The notes under the pieces are model-generated. The model searched no databases. It had not been told where the DNA came from and saw only the letters and a program-made list of their open reading frames with translations. This document shows, in pieces, positions 21,259 through 30,600 of a stretch of 64,000 bases of DNA. The translations under genes and the position numbers were made by a program. The stretch's first letter is position 1; every line of letters begins with the position of its first letter. Source of the stretch: Candidatus Finniella inopinata (GTDB taxonomy: Bacteria > Pseudomonadota > Alphaproteobacteria > Paracaedibacterales > CAITNM01); contig CAMASM010000001.1 in NCBI GenBank assembly GCA_945860985.1, positions 30,688-94,687 on the forward strand, given 5' to 3'.

Positions 21259-22055
21259 AAATTTCTCAAGTTTCTCATCATGGAATTTTAAGTGAAGAGT
21301 TTGATGTTTTTTACTACGAGCTTCTTCGCATTAAAGAACTCGCATTAAGGAGTTCACATGAAACCATTATTCCAGTAGATAATCCTGAAGATGAGGCTAA
21401 AACCATTACAGTCTCAGGCCCTGTACTTGCTTTACAAGAACGCTTCACAACATTTTTTGAAAAACAAAGGGAAAGGTTATATCGCGTAGCAGTTGGCCCA
21501 AGCTCTCTATTTATTCAAGAAGCACAATATATATTTGTCGCAATGGCTGATGAAATAATGATTAATCAAAGCTGGCAAGGATCTGACTATTGGCGACAAA
21601 ATTGCTTGGAAACCAAAATTTTTCAAACCCAAATTGCTGGAGAACGTGTTTTTTTTCAAATAGATGGGTTATTAAAAACTAATGATCCTATGCAGCGAGA
21701 ATTGGCTAGACTTTACCTTCTGAGCTTATCTTTAGGTTTTCAGGGAAAATTTCGTACTCAAAGCAATATTCAGATTTTATCTTACAAGCAACAACTGTTC
21801 AGCTTCATTTATCATCGCAACCCAGATATTACAAGCGGAACAAGAAACTATATTTTTGAAGATTCATTGAATTACGTCTTCACAGAAGCTCCAGCTAAAG
21901 GACTTCCAGATCTTAAGGCCTGGTCTGCTACAGCAATTGCTGTACTCTTGGTATACTTGTTCATCAGTTACGGGGTATGGATGATTATCTCTGACGATCT
22001 TCACGAAGTATTACAATCAATTTTCCACCTTTCCAAACAAGGTCCGGTGGTATAA
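21255..22055 (+). CDS. tssL: type VI secretion membrane protein TssL (DotU family)
   Basis: 266 aa. ARLYLLSLSLGFQGKF DotU motif and a single C-terminal TM (AIAVLLVYLFISYGVWMII). No peptidoglycan-binding extension. ATGA overlap with tssK. Confidence 0.8.
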   Translation: MKISQVSHHGILSEEFDVFYYELLRIKELALRSSHETIIPVDNPEDEAKTITVSGPVLALQERFTTFFEKQRERLYRVAVGPSSLFIQEAQYIFVAMADEIMINQSWQGSDYWRQNCLETKIFQTQIAGERVFFQIDGLLKTNDPMQRELARLYLLSLSLGFQGKFRTQSNIQILSYKQQLFSFIYHRNPDITSGTRNYIFEDSLNYVFTEAPAKGLPDLKAWSATAIAVLLVYLFISYGVWMIISDDLHEVLQSIFHLSKQGPVV

Positions 22056-25000
22056 ATGCCAACAAATGCTAGCAGCAAATTTAATGACTTTATCCAAATA
22101 ATCCAAAGTCACACCAACAGTTTGTCAAGCCTCATTTTCTTATTATTATTTTTTGGCTTATTGGTAATGGTAATTTGCGTTTTAGTTATCAATATGAGTT
22201 TGCGTAAAGATAAAAAAATCAAGCTAGATGAAAAAAGCTCTCTATTAAAACGCAAATTTGCGCTGCCACCACTTGGTGGAATGATCACCTCGTTCTTGGT
22301 ACAACAAGGTTGGATTCAGGTTAATTCAATCAGCCAAATCTTTTTAAAAGGATTAGAGTTTTTAAAAAAACACTTCGGAGAACACGCAATCTATAAGCTG
22401 CCGTGGTACCTGGTTTTAGGAGCTAAAGATTCAGGAAAATCCACTGTAGTAAACCACACACAACTGCATGAACCACATAGCAGTCCAGACTTTAGTTTTC
22501 ATGAACCAAATCCATCTATACGTTGGAAATTTTTTAGCCGTGGAGTATTAATTGACGTTGCAGGAAGACTATTCCTAAACAACCCTGAAAGTGAAACCGA
22601 TACAGTATCATGGCGTAACCTTTTAATTTTGCTATCCCGCTATCGTGCCTCTATGCCAATAAACGGCATAATTTTATGTATTAGCGCTAAAGATCTTTAC
22701 GGCAATGAAAAACTATCGCCAGATGCACTACAGGTTCGTGCCAATGCAATAATGCACACTATAAACAAGGCCCAAACAAGCTTACGCATAAGACTACCGG
22801 TTTATGTGGTAGTTACTTATTGTGATACCATTCCAGGATTTAGCAGTTTGTCTCAGGCACTACCACGCCAAAATCAAGGTAATATTTTGGGTTGGTCAAG
22901 CCCGTATGATTTACAATATCTTTTCACGCCCAATTGGATGGACGAAGCATTTCACTATTTTGACGAAAAAATTGATTGCTTACGAACAGAATTATTAAGC
23001 TTGAGTGTTGACTCTAGTAACACTGATAGCTTATACGTTTTTTCAAAAGAAATTTTAACCATTCAAGAAAGATTGGCTAGCTATGTAAATCGTATTTTTC
23101 ATAGCTCAGTTACGCACGAGGCGCCACATTTACGCGGAGTTTATTTTACCGGCAACAGTGGTATTGATTTAAATGATTTAGAGCCAGCACCAGGACTCTC
23201 ATTGCAAGCTAATACCAACCCAGCGCCATCATTGGTATTTCTGCGAGATTTGTTTCAATATAAAGTTTTTTCTGAAATTGGCATTGCTCGTCCTTTAACT
23301 GGTAAAATAGCAACCTTAAATCGCGGAGTTAGTATTATTAGAAATACCACAATTTGCTTTACCTTAATTGGTACCTATGGATTATTTAATGCCTACGACA
23401 CATTTCAGGAAAAAAAAGAAAGAATCTTACCTGTCCTTTCTAAAATGAGCAGCCTCATGCGAAGTATGCAAAATTTAAGGATCGATGAACCTGGTCATAC
23501 AGCATCGTTATTTGATACATACGCTCGCCAACTTATGGAAATGATGCAAGAACTACAAAGAACTGAATTTTTCTCAGTAATGGTCCCTGCATCATGGTTC
23601 AGCCCACTGCACAAGGATCTTCATGCTGGATTACAGGTAGCGTATCAAGAAATTGTAATTCGCACCATATATGTTGATTTGTTATTAAAAGCTAGAGAAC
23701 TATTACAACTAAGACCAACTATGGCTGATCGCTCAACTTCACTGGCAGCATTACTTAATCCATTAAATTCAAGTGAATACATCTTACTCAAAAAATACGT
23801 TGATGGGCTTTATGAACTAAACGATATGCTGTTTAAGTTTAACAACCTAAAAAGCGCTCCTGATGCTCGTGATCTTGACAGTCTAGTAATGTATACATTT
23901 AACTCGCACTTACCAGAATCATTTATGGGCAGTTATGGTGATTTTCGTAAGCTACTAAATGAATCTTCATACCCACTAATTGACCTTAAGCCATATATGC
24001 AGATGGCAAGACAAACTTTATCGATTATTTATGAGCACTTTTTAAACGCTTTATTTTCAAAAAATGATTCGATGACTTTAATTTCACGCATCCAAGTTTT
24101 GGTAGATCAACTCCAAAGCCAAGGTCACAAACAAGCAATCGATCTTACTGCACTTCGTGATGCCGTTGGTGATTTAAGTACCACCGCACCATCTTTAGGA
24201 GAATTAGGGGCGACGTGGATGGATGGTAAAATTTTGAATCTTGGCAAAGAGTTTGATTCTGTACTAGACCATATTGACATGTCACCTTTGTTTGGGAGAG
24301 ACGTCACCCAGTATTTAGTTGATCAAACTGCCATATGCTTTAACCGTTTTAAAAATTTCTTACTAGGCGTAAATGAATCAATTGTAGATAAAAATACAAA
24401 GCAACAATCTTTTCCCCCATCTCATGGTTTACTAACATTAGAAAAACTTTTAAGTAGCTTGTTTAAATTAAGCCTTATGGTAGCCCCCAGTGGGCCAACA
24501 TTTTCCACAAGCATACCAGCTGGAAAATTGGTTTATTGGGATACAAGTCTTGCACAACAAGCTCTCAATATTATGAAAGATTTTGATGGCTTCATTTCTA
24601 AGGATTTATTGTCATACCCTCTTTCTATACAGGAAAATTTAAAAATTGCGTCTCGTATTAACTTGCAAGAGGTTCTAATAGGCACTCTAGGAAAAGCACA
24701 AACTTTTATAGATACCCCAAAAAATATACATCCAGGATCTACCGCAGAACGCATGCTACGCGCACAAATTAATGATTTTAAAGCAGTTGCAGATACATTA
24801 GGCAGATTACTAGAAATCCTAAAACAAGATGATGTAAGTAAAGCTTACCTCGATTTACGTGAATTATTGTGTTTTCAGTCCCAATGGTTGCTAGAACAAA
24901 TAGACACTTACATTAAGCAACATAAAATTTACAAAATGAAACAAGAAGATTTCGGTTGGTGGGATGGTAAGTCAGGTGCCGCAATAGCAGCATTTGCCGT

Positions 25001-26333
25001 AAGGGACAGCAATGACCTAAAACATTATACAACAGTACAAAGAGACTTTTTAACCGCTACCGTTAATGACTTCGCCAAACCAATTATCCAATTGTTAAAA
25101 ACTCCAGCTTTTGATGGAGAAGATAGTCGTGATGAAACCCTAATAAATCGTTGGATTCGCATTACCGATCAAGTTGAAGCCTACAACAAAAAACAACCGG
25201 ATAATTCCTTAGCACAACTAGAAAATTTCATTCTTAAAGATCTCAATTCATGGGATTACAAAGACGTAATTAAAAATATTAAAGCTAAAGATCTACAACA
25301 TGATTCCGGTGACTACCTACTTGTAATACTTAAGGATATAAAGATTAAAATTCTAAGCAGAGCAGAAGTTTTACAAAGGCAACAAGCAATAGCCAACTAT
25401 GAAAATATAGCAAGTTTTTTCAATAAAAATCTGAAAGGAAAGTTTCCATTTGTTGGTGCAAAACTTGAAAAAAATCAGGGAGAGGCTAATCCTGAAGATA
25501 TCCGAGAATTTTTCGGTTATTTTAAAGAATATGGAGATTCAACAAAAGCGGTACTAGATCAGCTTTATCAAATTGGATCACCAATGAAAGATGTTGTAGC
25601 ATTCCTAATCTCCATGGAAAATGTTCGCAAATTTTTGCAATCATACCTAAAAGATCCAAGTATTGATAAGCCAACTTTCAATATAAAAGTTGATTTCAGA
25701 GCAGCAACAGATAAAGAAAGCGGCGGACAATTAATTGTTGATTGGTACGTTAAAACAGACGAAATCACCAAAATTGATAAATATGATAAAAAGACTGATG
25801 GCAGCTGGACTTATGGAAATCCTATTACCATTGGCTTTAAATGGCCAGATGGAGAATCAACACCAAAACCAACCTCTGATTCTGGACAATCAGCCCTAAA
25901 AGTAGAAGGATCAACAGCTGAATTTGTCTACGACAGTCAGTGGGCACTACTATGGATGCTACGTGATTGTATGGCTCCACAAGGATCTTACTCCAAAATT
26001 GCCACCCCCAACCCATATGTACTAAAGTTCAGTTTGCCATTAACAGACCAAACTTATACCACTGTGTTTAACGCCATTAGCCTGTGTGAACCTTCAAGTA
26101 AACCGAAGGGCCCAGGAAAAATAATTACCGTACCAATTTTTCCAACCACAGCCCCTGATTTACCAGAAAAAATTAAAGAAATTAAAGATAAACCTGTGTT
26201 AACCGAAGGAGTAATTGAAGCAGCAGATTTTAATAGCCTTATCCCAGTCGGTGAACCTAAACTTGAAGACGAAGACAAAGAAGCTGAAGCTGAACCAAAA
26301 GAAGAAAAAGATGAGAAAAAGAAAGAAGAGTGA
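22056..26333 (+). CDS. tssM: type VI secretion membrane protein TssM (IcmF family)
   Basis: 1425 aa. N-terminal TM, Walker A LVLGAKDSGKST, a further TM near residue 430, a long periplasmic region and an acidic KE-rich C-terminal tail. Confidence 0.85.
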   Translation: MPTNASSKFNDFIQIIQSHTNSLSSLIFLLLFFGLLVMVICVLVINMSLRKDKKIKLDEKSSLLKRKFALPPLGGMITSFLVQQGWIQVNSISQIFLKGLEFLKKHFGEHAIYKLPWYLVLGAKDSGKSTVVNHTQLHEPHSSPDFSFHEPNPSIRWKFFSRGVLIDVAGRLFLNNPESETDTVSWRNLLILLSRYRASMPINGIILCISAKDLYGNEKLSPDALQVRANAIMHTINKAQTSLRIRLPVYVVVTYCDTIPGFSSLSQALPRQNQGNILGWSSPYDLQYLFTPNWMDEAFHYFDEKIDCLRTELLSLSVDSSNTDSLYVFSKEILTIQERLASYVNRIFHSSVTHEAPHLRGVYFTGNSGIDLNDLEPAPGLSLQANTNPAPSLVFLRDLFQYKVFSEIGIARPLTGKIATLNRGVSIIRNTTICFTLIGTYGLFNAYDTFQEKKERILPVLSKMSSLMRSMQNLRIDEPGHTASLFDTYARQLMEMMQELQRTEFFSVMVPASWFSPLHKDLHAGLQVAYQEIVIRTIYVDLLLKARELLQLRPTMADRSTSLAALLNPLNSSEYILLKKYVDGLYELNDMLFKFNNLKSAPDARDLDSLVMYTFNSHLPESFMGSYGDFRKLLNESSYPLIDLKPYMQMARQTLSIIYEHFLNALFSKNDSMTLISRIQVLVDQLQSQGHKQAIDLTALRDAVGDLSTTAPSLGELGATWMDGKILNLGKEFDSVLDHIDMSPLFGRDVTQYLVDQTAICFNRFKNFLLGVNESIVDKNTKQQSFPPSHGLLTLEKLLSSLFKLSLMVAPSGPTFSTSIPAGKLVYWDTSLAQQALNIMKDFDGFISKDLLSYPLSIQENLKIASRINLQEVLIGTLGKAQTFIDTPKNIHPGSTAERMLRAQINDFKAVADTLGRLLEILKQDDVSKAYLDLRELLCFQSQWLLEQIDTYIKQHKIYKMKQEDFGWWDGKSGAAIAAFAVRDSNDLKHYTTVQRDFLTATVNDFAKPIIQLLKTPAFDGEDSRDETLINRWIRITDQVEAYNKKQPDNSLAQLENFILKDLNSWDYKDVIKNIKAKDLQHDSGDYLLVILKDIKIKILSRAEVLQRQQAIANYENIASFFNKNLKGKFPFVGAKLEKNQGEANPEDIREFFGYFKEYGDSTKAVLDQLYQIGSPMKDVVAFLISMENVRKFLQSYLKDPSIDKPTFNIKVDFRAATDKESGGQLIVDWYVKTDEITKIDKYDKKTDGSWTYGNPITIGFKWPDGESTPKPTSDSGQSALKVEGSTAEFVYDSQWALLWMLRDCMAPQGSYSKIATPNPYVLKFSLPLTDQTYTTVFNAISLCEPSSKPKGPGKIITVPIFPTTAPDLPEKIKEIKDKPVLTEGVIEAADFNSLIPVGEPKLEDEDKEAEAEPKEEKDEKKKEE

Positions 26334-27523
26334 CCATGAGTGAATTACCAGACACATCTTCAAATTTTTTTGATCAATTACTAATACCAATCGCAACAAA
26401 TGATGGGGTAGGTGAATGGCTTCGCTATGACCCAACATACGGCAAAATTCGTGATGCCAGACGCGAAGAAGATGACGGCATGAATCGTGAACCATGGGAA
26501 GGTGAACTAAAACGTGCCAATTGGCAAGAAGTAGAACGTTTATGTGGTGAATTGTTAACCACCAAAACTAAAGATCTGCAACTTGTTATGTGGTTTCTAG
26601 AAGCAAGAATTCATCTTCAAGGTATTAATGACTTACAAAATTGCACAGACTTCTTGTTAAAATATATTCAAAATTTTTGGCAAAACACCTATCCACAATT
26701 AACAGATGACCCTACTCAAGAATTTAGAATTCATTTGCTTGAGGCATTTTTAAGATCAGCTTGTGAGCAAATTGTACTAGAACCAATTAACGAGCTCTCC
26801 CAATTTTTTACCTCGCCAATTAATCTATCTAAATGCTTTGAAGCTGATAATTTAGAGAAAAGCTCAAAACGCGGCGGTGATGCTGCAGAATTTTTTCAAA
26901 AAGCTGTTTTAAAAGGCCTAGTCACTATGGATAGGATTCGCAATGCCCTACGCGAAGTTAGCCAAGAAAATGGGGTTTTAAAAGTAAAATTAATAGAAGA
27001 AATTATAAAAAATATAAATAGTATAGACACCCTCCTTTCTGAAAAAATAGGCAATGAATCCCCACGTTTCGATGAAATAATTAATCTTTTAAGTGAACTA
27101 AAAGGACTATACAATCTTTGCCAAAAGGTACCGGAAGAAAAGTCTTCTAATCAACCAGACCCCACAAAACTTACCAAAAGCCTTTCAGAAGAAGAAACCA
27201 CAGAAAAAACTAACAAAGATGCCAACGTTATCAACGACAGAGCAGGTGTTTATAAAGCACTTGGACAACTGGGAGATTTTTTAATAACCCTAGAACCACA
27301 TAACCCATCACCAGCTTTAATAAAACTTGTAAGCAGCTGGGAAAACAAGACCCTATCACAAATATTGGCAGAGCTACAAACAAGCCCTGTAGAAGTTCGT
27401 TCATTAATTAACATGCTAGCAAAAGCAACAAAAAACGAAAATCTACCAACCATTGCCAGTGGACAGAATCAACCACAAACATCAAATGACCTAGATCAAC
27501 TTTCTAGTCTAATTGGTCGCTAA
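26330..27523 (+). CDS. tssA: type VI secretion protein TssA (ImpA N-terminal domain)
   Basis: 397 aa. ImpA_N-like GEWLRYDPTYGKIRDARREEDD...WQEVERLCGELLTTKTKDLQLVMW. GTGA overlap with tssM (alternative ATG at 26336). Confidence 0.75.
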   Translation: MTMSELPDTSSNFFDQLLIPIATNDGVGEWLRYDPTYGKIRDARREEDDGMNREPWEGELKRANWQEVERLCGELLTTKTKDLQLVMWFLEARIHLQGINDLQNCTDFLLKYIQNFWQNTYPQLTDDPTQEFRIHLLEAFLRSACEQIVLEPINELSQFFTSPINLSKCFEADNLEKSSKRGGDAAEFFQKAVLKGLVTMDRIRNALREVSQENGVLKVKLIEEIIKNINSIDTLLSEKIGNESPRFDEIINLLSELKGLYNLCQKVPEEKSSNQPDPTKLTKSLSEEETTEKTNKDANVINDRAGVYKALGQLGDFLITLEPHNPSPALIKLVSSWENKTLSQILAELQTSPVEVRSLINMLAKATKNENLPTIASGQNQPQTSNDLDQLSSLIGR

Positions 27524-27524
27524 A

Positions 27525-27564
27525 GCTAACAAAGTTTCTTTACCGCACTTACTAAACCTTTAAT
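27525..27564 (-). repeat. displaced relic copy of the hemH 3' end (left arm of a 40-bp direct repeat)
   Basis: Matches 30906-30945 at 36/40 positions in the same orientation. In the hemH frame it reads IKGLVSAVKKLC-stop versus IKCLANAVKKLCQRMLP-stop. Confidence 0.8.
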
Positions 27565-27585
27565 CAAGCTGTTAATGGTATCTCA

Positions 27586-27621
27586 GAGGCAGCTTAAAAC
27601 TGCCTCCGGATTTTAATTTTT
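27586..27621 (+). terminator. intrinsic terminator downstream of tssA
   Basis: Stem GAGGCAG (27586-27592) / CTGCCTC (27600-27606) with a 7-nt loop, followed by cggaTTTTaaTTTTT. Confidence 0.6.
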
Positions 27622-27625
27622 AAAT

Positions 27626-27661
27626 GAGAGCATCTTATCGACCAACCTTTGGAATGCTCTC
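27626..27661 (-). terminator. possible hairpin terminator after the S8-like gene
   Basis: 8-bp stem GAGAGCAT/ATGCTCTC with a 20-nt loop. On the minus strand it is followed by ATTTAAAAATT. Large loop and weak U-tract. Confidence 0.3.
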
Positions 27662-27667
27662 CATTTA

Positions 27668-30600
27668 TTACCCTGAAGAACTTGCCGGTGGTATTGCTGC
27701 TACTAGAGCAGCCACCGGTGCTGCGGCTGATGGACCTGTTGCTGGAGTAGTAGTACCCGGTGGGGGTGCTGCGGTCTTCTTCTGGGGGCGGAGGTGCGGC
27801 TGCTGATCGAGCAGAACCGGTGCTGCGGCTCTTGCAGGTGGAGGAGGTGGTGGAGGTGCGCCTCCTGGTATTGCTACTGCTCCCCCTGGTATTGCTTGTA
27901 GTGGTGCTGGTGCTGGTGCAGGAGCAGCCACCGCGACTGCGCCTTTTGGTAGAGGTGGTGGAGGTGGCACTCCTACTCCTGCTCTTGCAGGTAGTGGAGG
28001 AGGCGGTGGTCCTTCTACTCCTGCTCTTGCTGGAGGCGGTGGTGGTGTAGGAGGTGCACCATGTACACGTGCGGCTGGAGCTGGAATAGCCACCGCGTTA
28101 GAAGATGCTGCTCTTGCAGAATGTACCTTATCATTTACTATTAATATAAGTTCCCGGCTTAAACAACTTTCCTTAAGCTGTAAAAGTGGCACTTTAGTAC
28201 TACCCTTACCAGCAATCTCAAAAAATATGGAAAACAGGGGGTTGTAGGACTCATTATATGCATTTTGCTGCAAATCATTCATGAATGATTGAATAAGATG
28301 TCCGTTGTTTGAAAATAGAACTTGTTGTATTAGGTAACCTTCTAGCTTTAGTTTACTGTGCGGATTTGGGAGATTATAAATAGCAAATCTTTCCTCTATT
28401 TTTAACGTTTGCCAAAAACTCTCTATCCACTGAGCTATCTGTGATTGATCAGCTACTGGAAATAGCATAAGTAGGATATCTCTTAATACTTCCTGTTGAG
28501 ATATTAATACTTCATTTTGATATGCTGCTAATTTCCATTTAACCACTGATTCTTTCTGTTTAGATTCGGAAGATTCTACTATTTTATCTTTCAACTGACT
28601 ATGATTGTCTTTTGCATCTACCCATCTGAAAAAGTCGTGTGCTAAAGATTTAAATTTATTATGCGCCATCCATGCAAATGGTGTTTCTGGACTTTCTCCT
28701 AGCTTAAATTCTTTTTCTCTATCTTTTCCATTTTTTCCTGCCATTTTCTTTGCCATTTGACAAGACTTTTCTAGAATTTTTCCCCAAAACTCGTTCCTAA
28801 TTTCAGCACTACCATCAGCCGCAGCACCGCCACCTCCCCCTCCGCCTCCGCCTCCACCTCCACCTCCACTACCACCTATTCTACTTGATGTAATAAGAGT
28901 GTTATGGCTCAGCGGAGGAGTAAAGCGCGATCCTCGTATAGTACCAGAAAAGTTTAATAGCTTTTGTTGTATTAAACTGTCATCCTCGGGATAGGTTTGC
29001 CAAAATTCCCTATAATCTTTTTGGATCTTTGAACGATTTGCTTCTAAACGTTCTTTTATTACTGCATCCTGCTGCTTTATTCTTGCATTAGCATAAATTA
29101 TGGCGTGTTCAATATTTAATATGCCCATTCCAAATACAGAAGAGTCAAAAGCTTCTTCTACTAGGACAAGGGTTTTGCCATTATCTAATGCATGAAATTG
29201 AATTGCTGGATCAGTTGGGGCTTCTGAAACATGAATACATAGGTTAAAGCGTTTAACAAAATCTTTTTTAGTAATATAAAAATCCCGATCGGCAGATTGG
29301 AGAACACATTCTTTTAAAAATCCCGGGGTAATCGGGTATTCTGGATGGTTTGTTCTTATAAACTCTATCAATAAAGCAAGAGCTCCTGTAACAGCTGGTG
29401 CAGCCATGGAAGTTCCTGCATTATACTCATAACCATCGTTTATGCTCATGGAATAAACGTTTGTTCCTAATGTATACACAAAGTTTTCCTGGAAAGGTAT
29501 GTGAGAACCTGGTCGGTTTGAATAAACCGCTGGGCAAGCATCCTGATCAAGGCTACCTACTAAAAGTAAGTGTTGCCATTCAGGCTTAGCAGAAATATCG
29601 CGCAAATATTTTTCAGTAGGATTAAATGGTTCGTCGCAGTTATATGAGTTATTACCAGCTGATAGAGCAATAATATAGTGATTATTTCCTTTTTCTTTTG
29701 TGTTTTTTAACATATATTCAATTTCCACAAATTGCCCGTTATTTCCATCGCTAGCGAAAGAAGCATTTATAATATCTATACTTGATAACGCATTGTTAAG
29801 TTCTTCCTTCTGTCTATCCGTCAATTTCTGAGGATCATCTGTAACGTTCTGAGGATAAGGTGTAACGCTGAGATAAGGGGTAACGCTTGGGAGAGAAAAG
29901 TATGGGGCTTCTTGCATAATTAGATAAAGAACATGCGCACCATGATATATAGCTTTGGTTTCTTTCGTGGGCGTTCCAAAAATTTTTACAAGACCCTCTA
30001 GCGCGCTATGGCCACTAGTAAGGCCTTCTTCTATGGCCAAAACAGTTACTCCTTTTCCTGTTAATCCAATATTTTTGTGAATGGAAAATGCACCTGTAAA
30101 GAGGGGGGAAGAAATTGTTAAGCTATCAGCCATTGCTTGCAATGCTTGTACACTTTGCTCGTCTAGTGTCTCTATTTTTGCCTTTACAGAGTCAAGACGC
30201 GCACTTCGCTGACCAAGACCCTCTGGACTTCCAATAGAAAGGTGTCTTAAATTTTCAATTCTTAATCTTATTAGAGCAACTAAGAGTGGTCTTAGTTTTG
30301 TTAATACCCATGGCTTAAGCCTAAACAGATCTTGTCCATAGTCCCTGTCGATTTTTTTTAAGAAGTCGCCCTCGTTTTGCCCTGTAGCCACCTCCCCAGT
30401 TGCCGCTGCAGCTGCCGCTGCAACTACCTTTGCAGCTGCCGCTGCAGGGGTGAGAGTAGCCATGTTACAGCGCTCTAGTATTTCCTCGCAAATTCCTCCT
30501 ACTTCTTCTTTTACTTCATTGATTACCCCGACCTGTGTTCTTCGTAATTCAGCAATAACAGCTGTATTGTTATTTTGTGTTTGTACTTGTGATTTTTCTA

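Noticed and set aside
27668-27800. WH2-like actin-binding motif in the extreme C-terminus (..VLLDQQPHLRPQKKT..)
   Set aside because: It only loosely resembles the LLxxI...LKKV consensus. There is no amphipathic helix pattern I can defend by eye.
27624-28050. Plus-strand ORFs 27624-27806 and 27760-28050 (Gly/Ala/Val/Leu-rich)
   Set aside because: They lie antisense to the GC-rich Pro/Ala/Gly-coding tail of the S8-like gene. Open antisense frames are expected in such compositionally biased sequence. The minus-strand frame is continuous with a 1047-aa protein bearing clear motifs.
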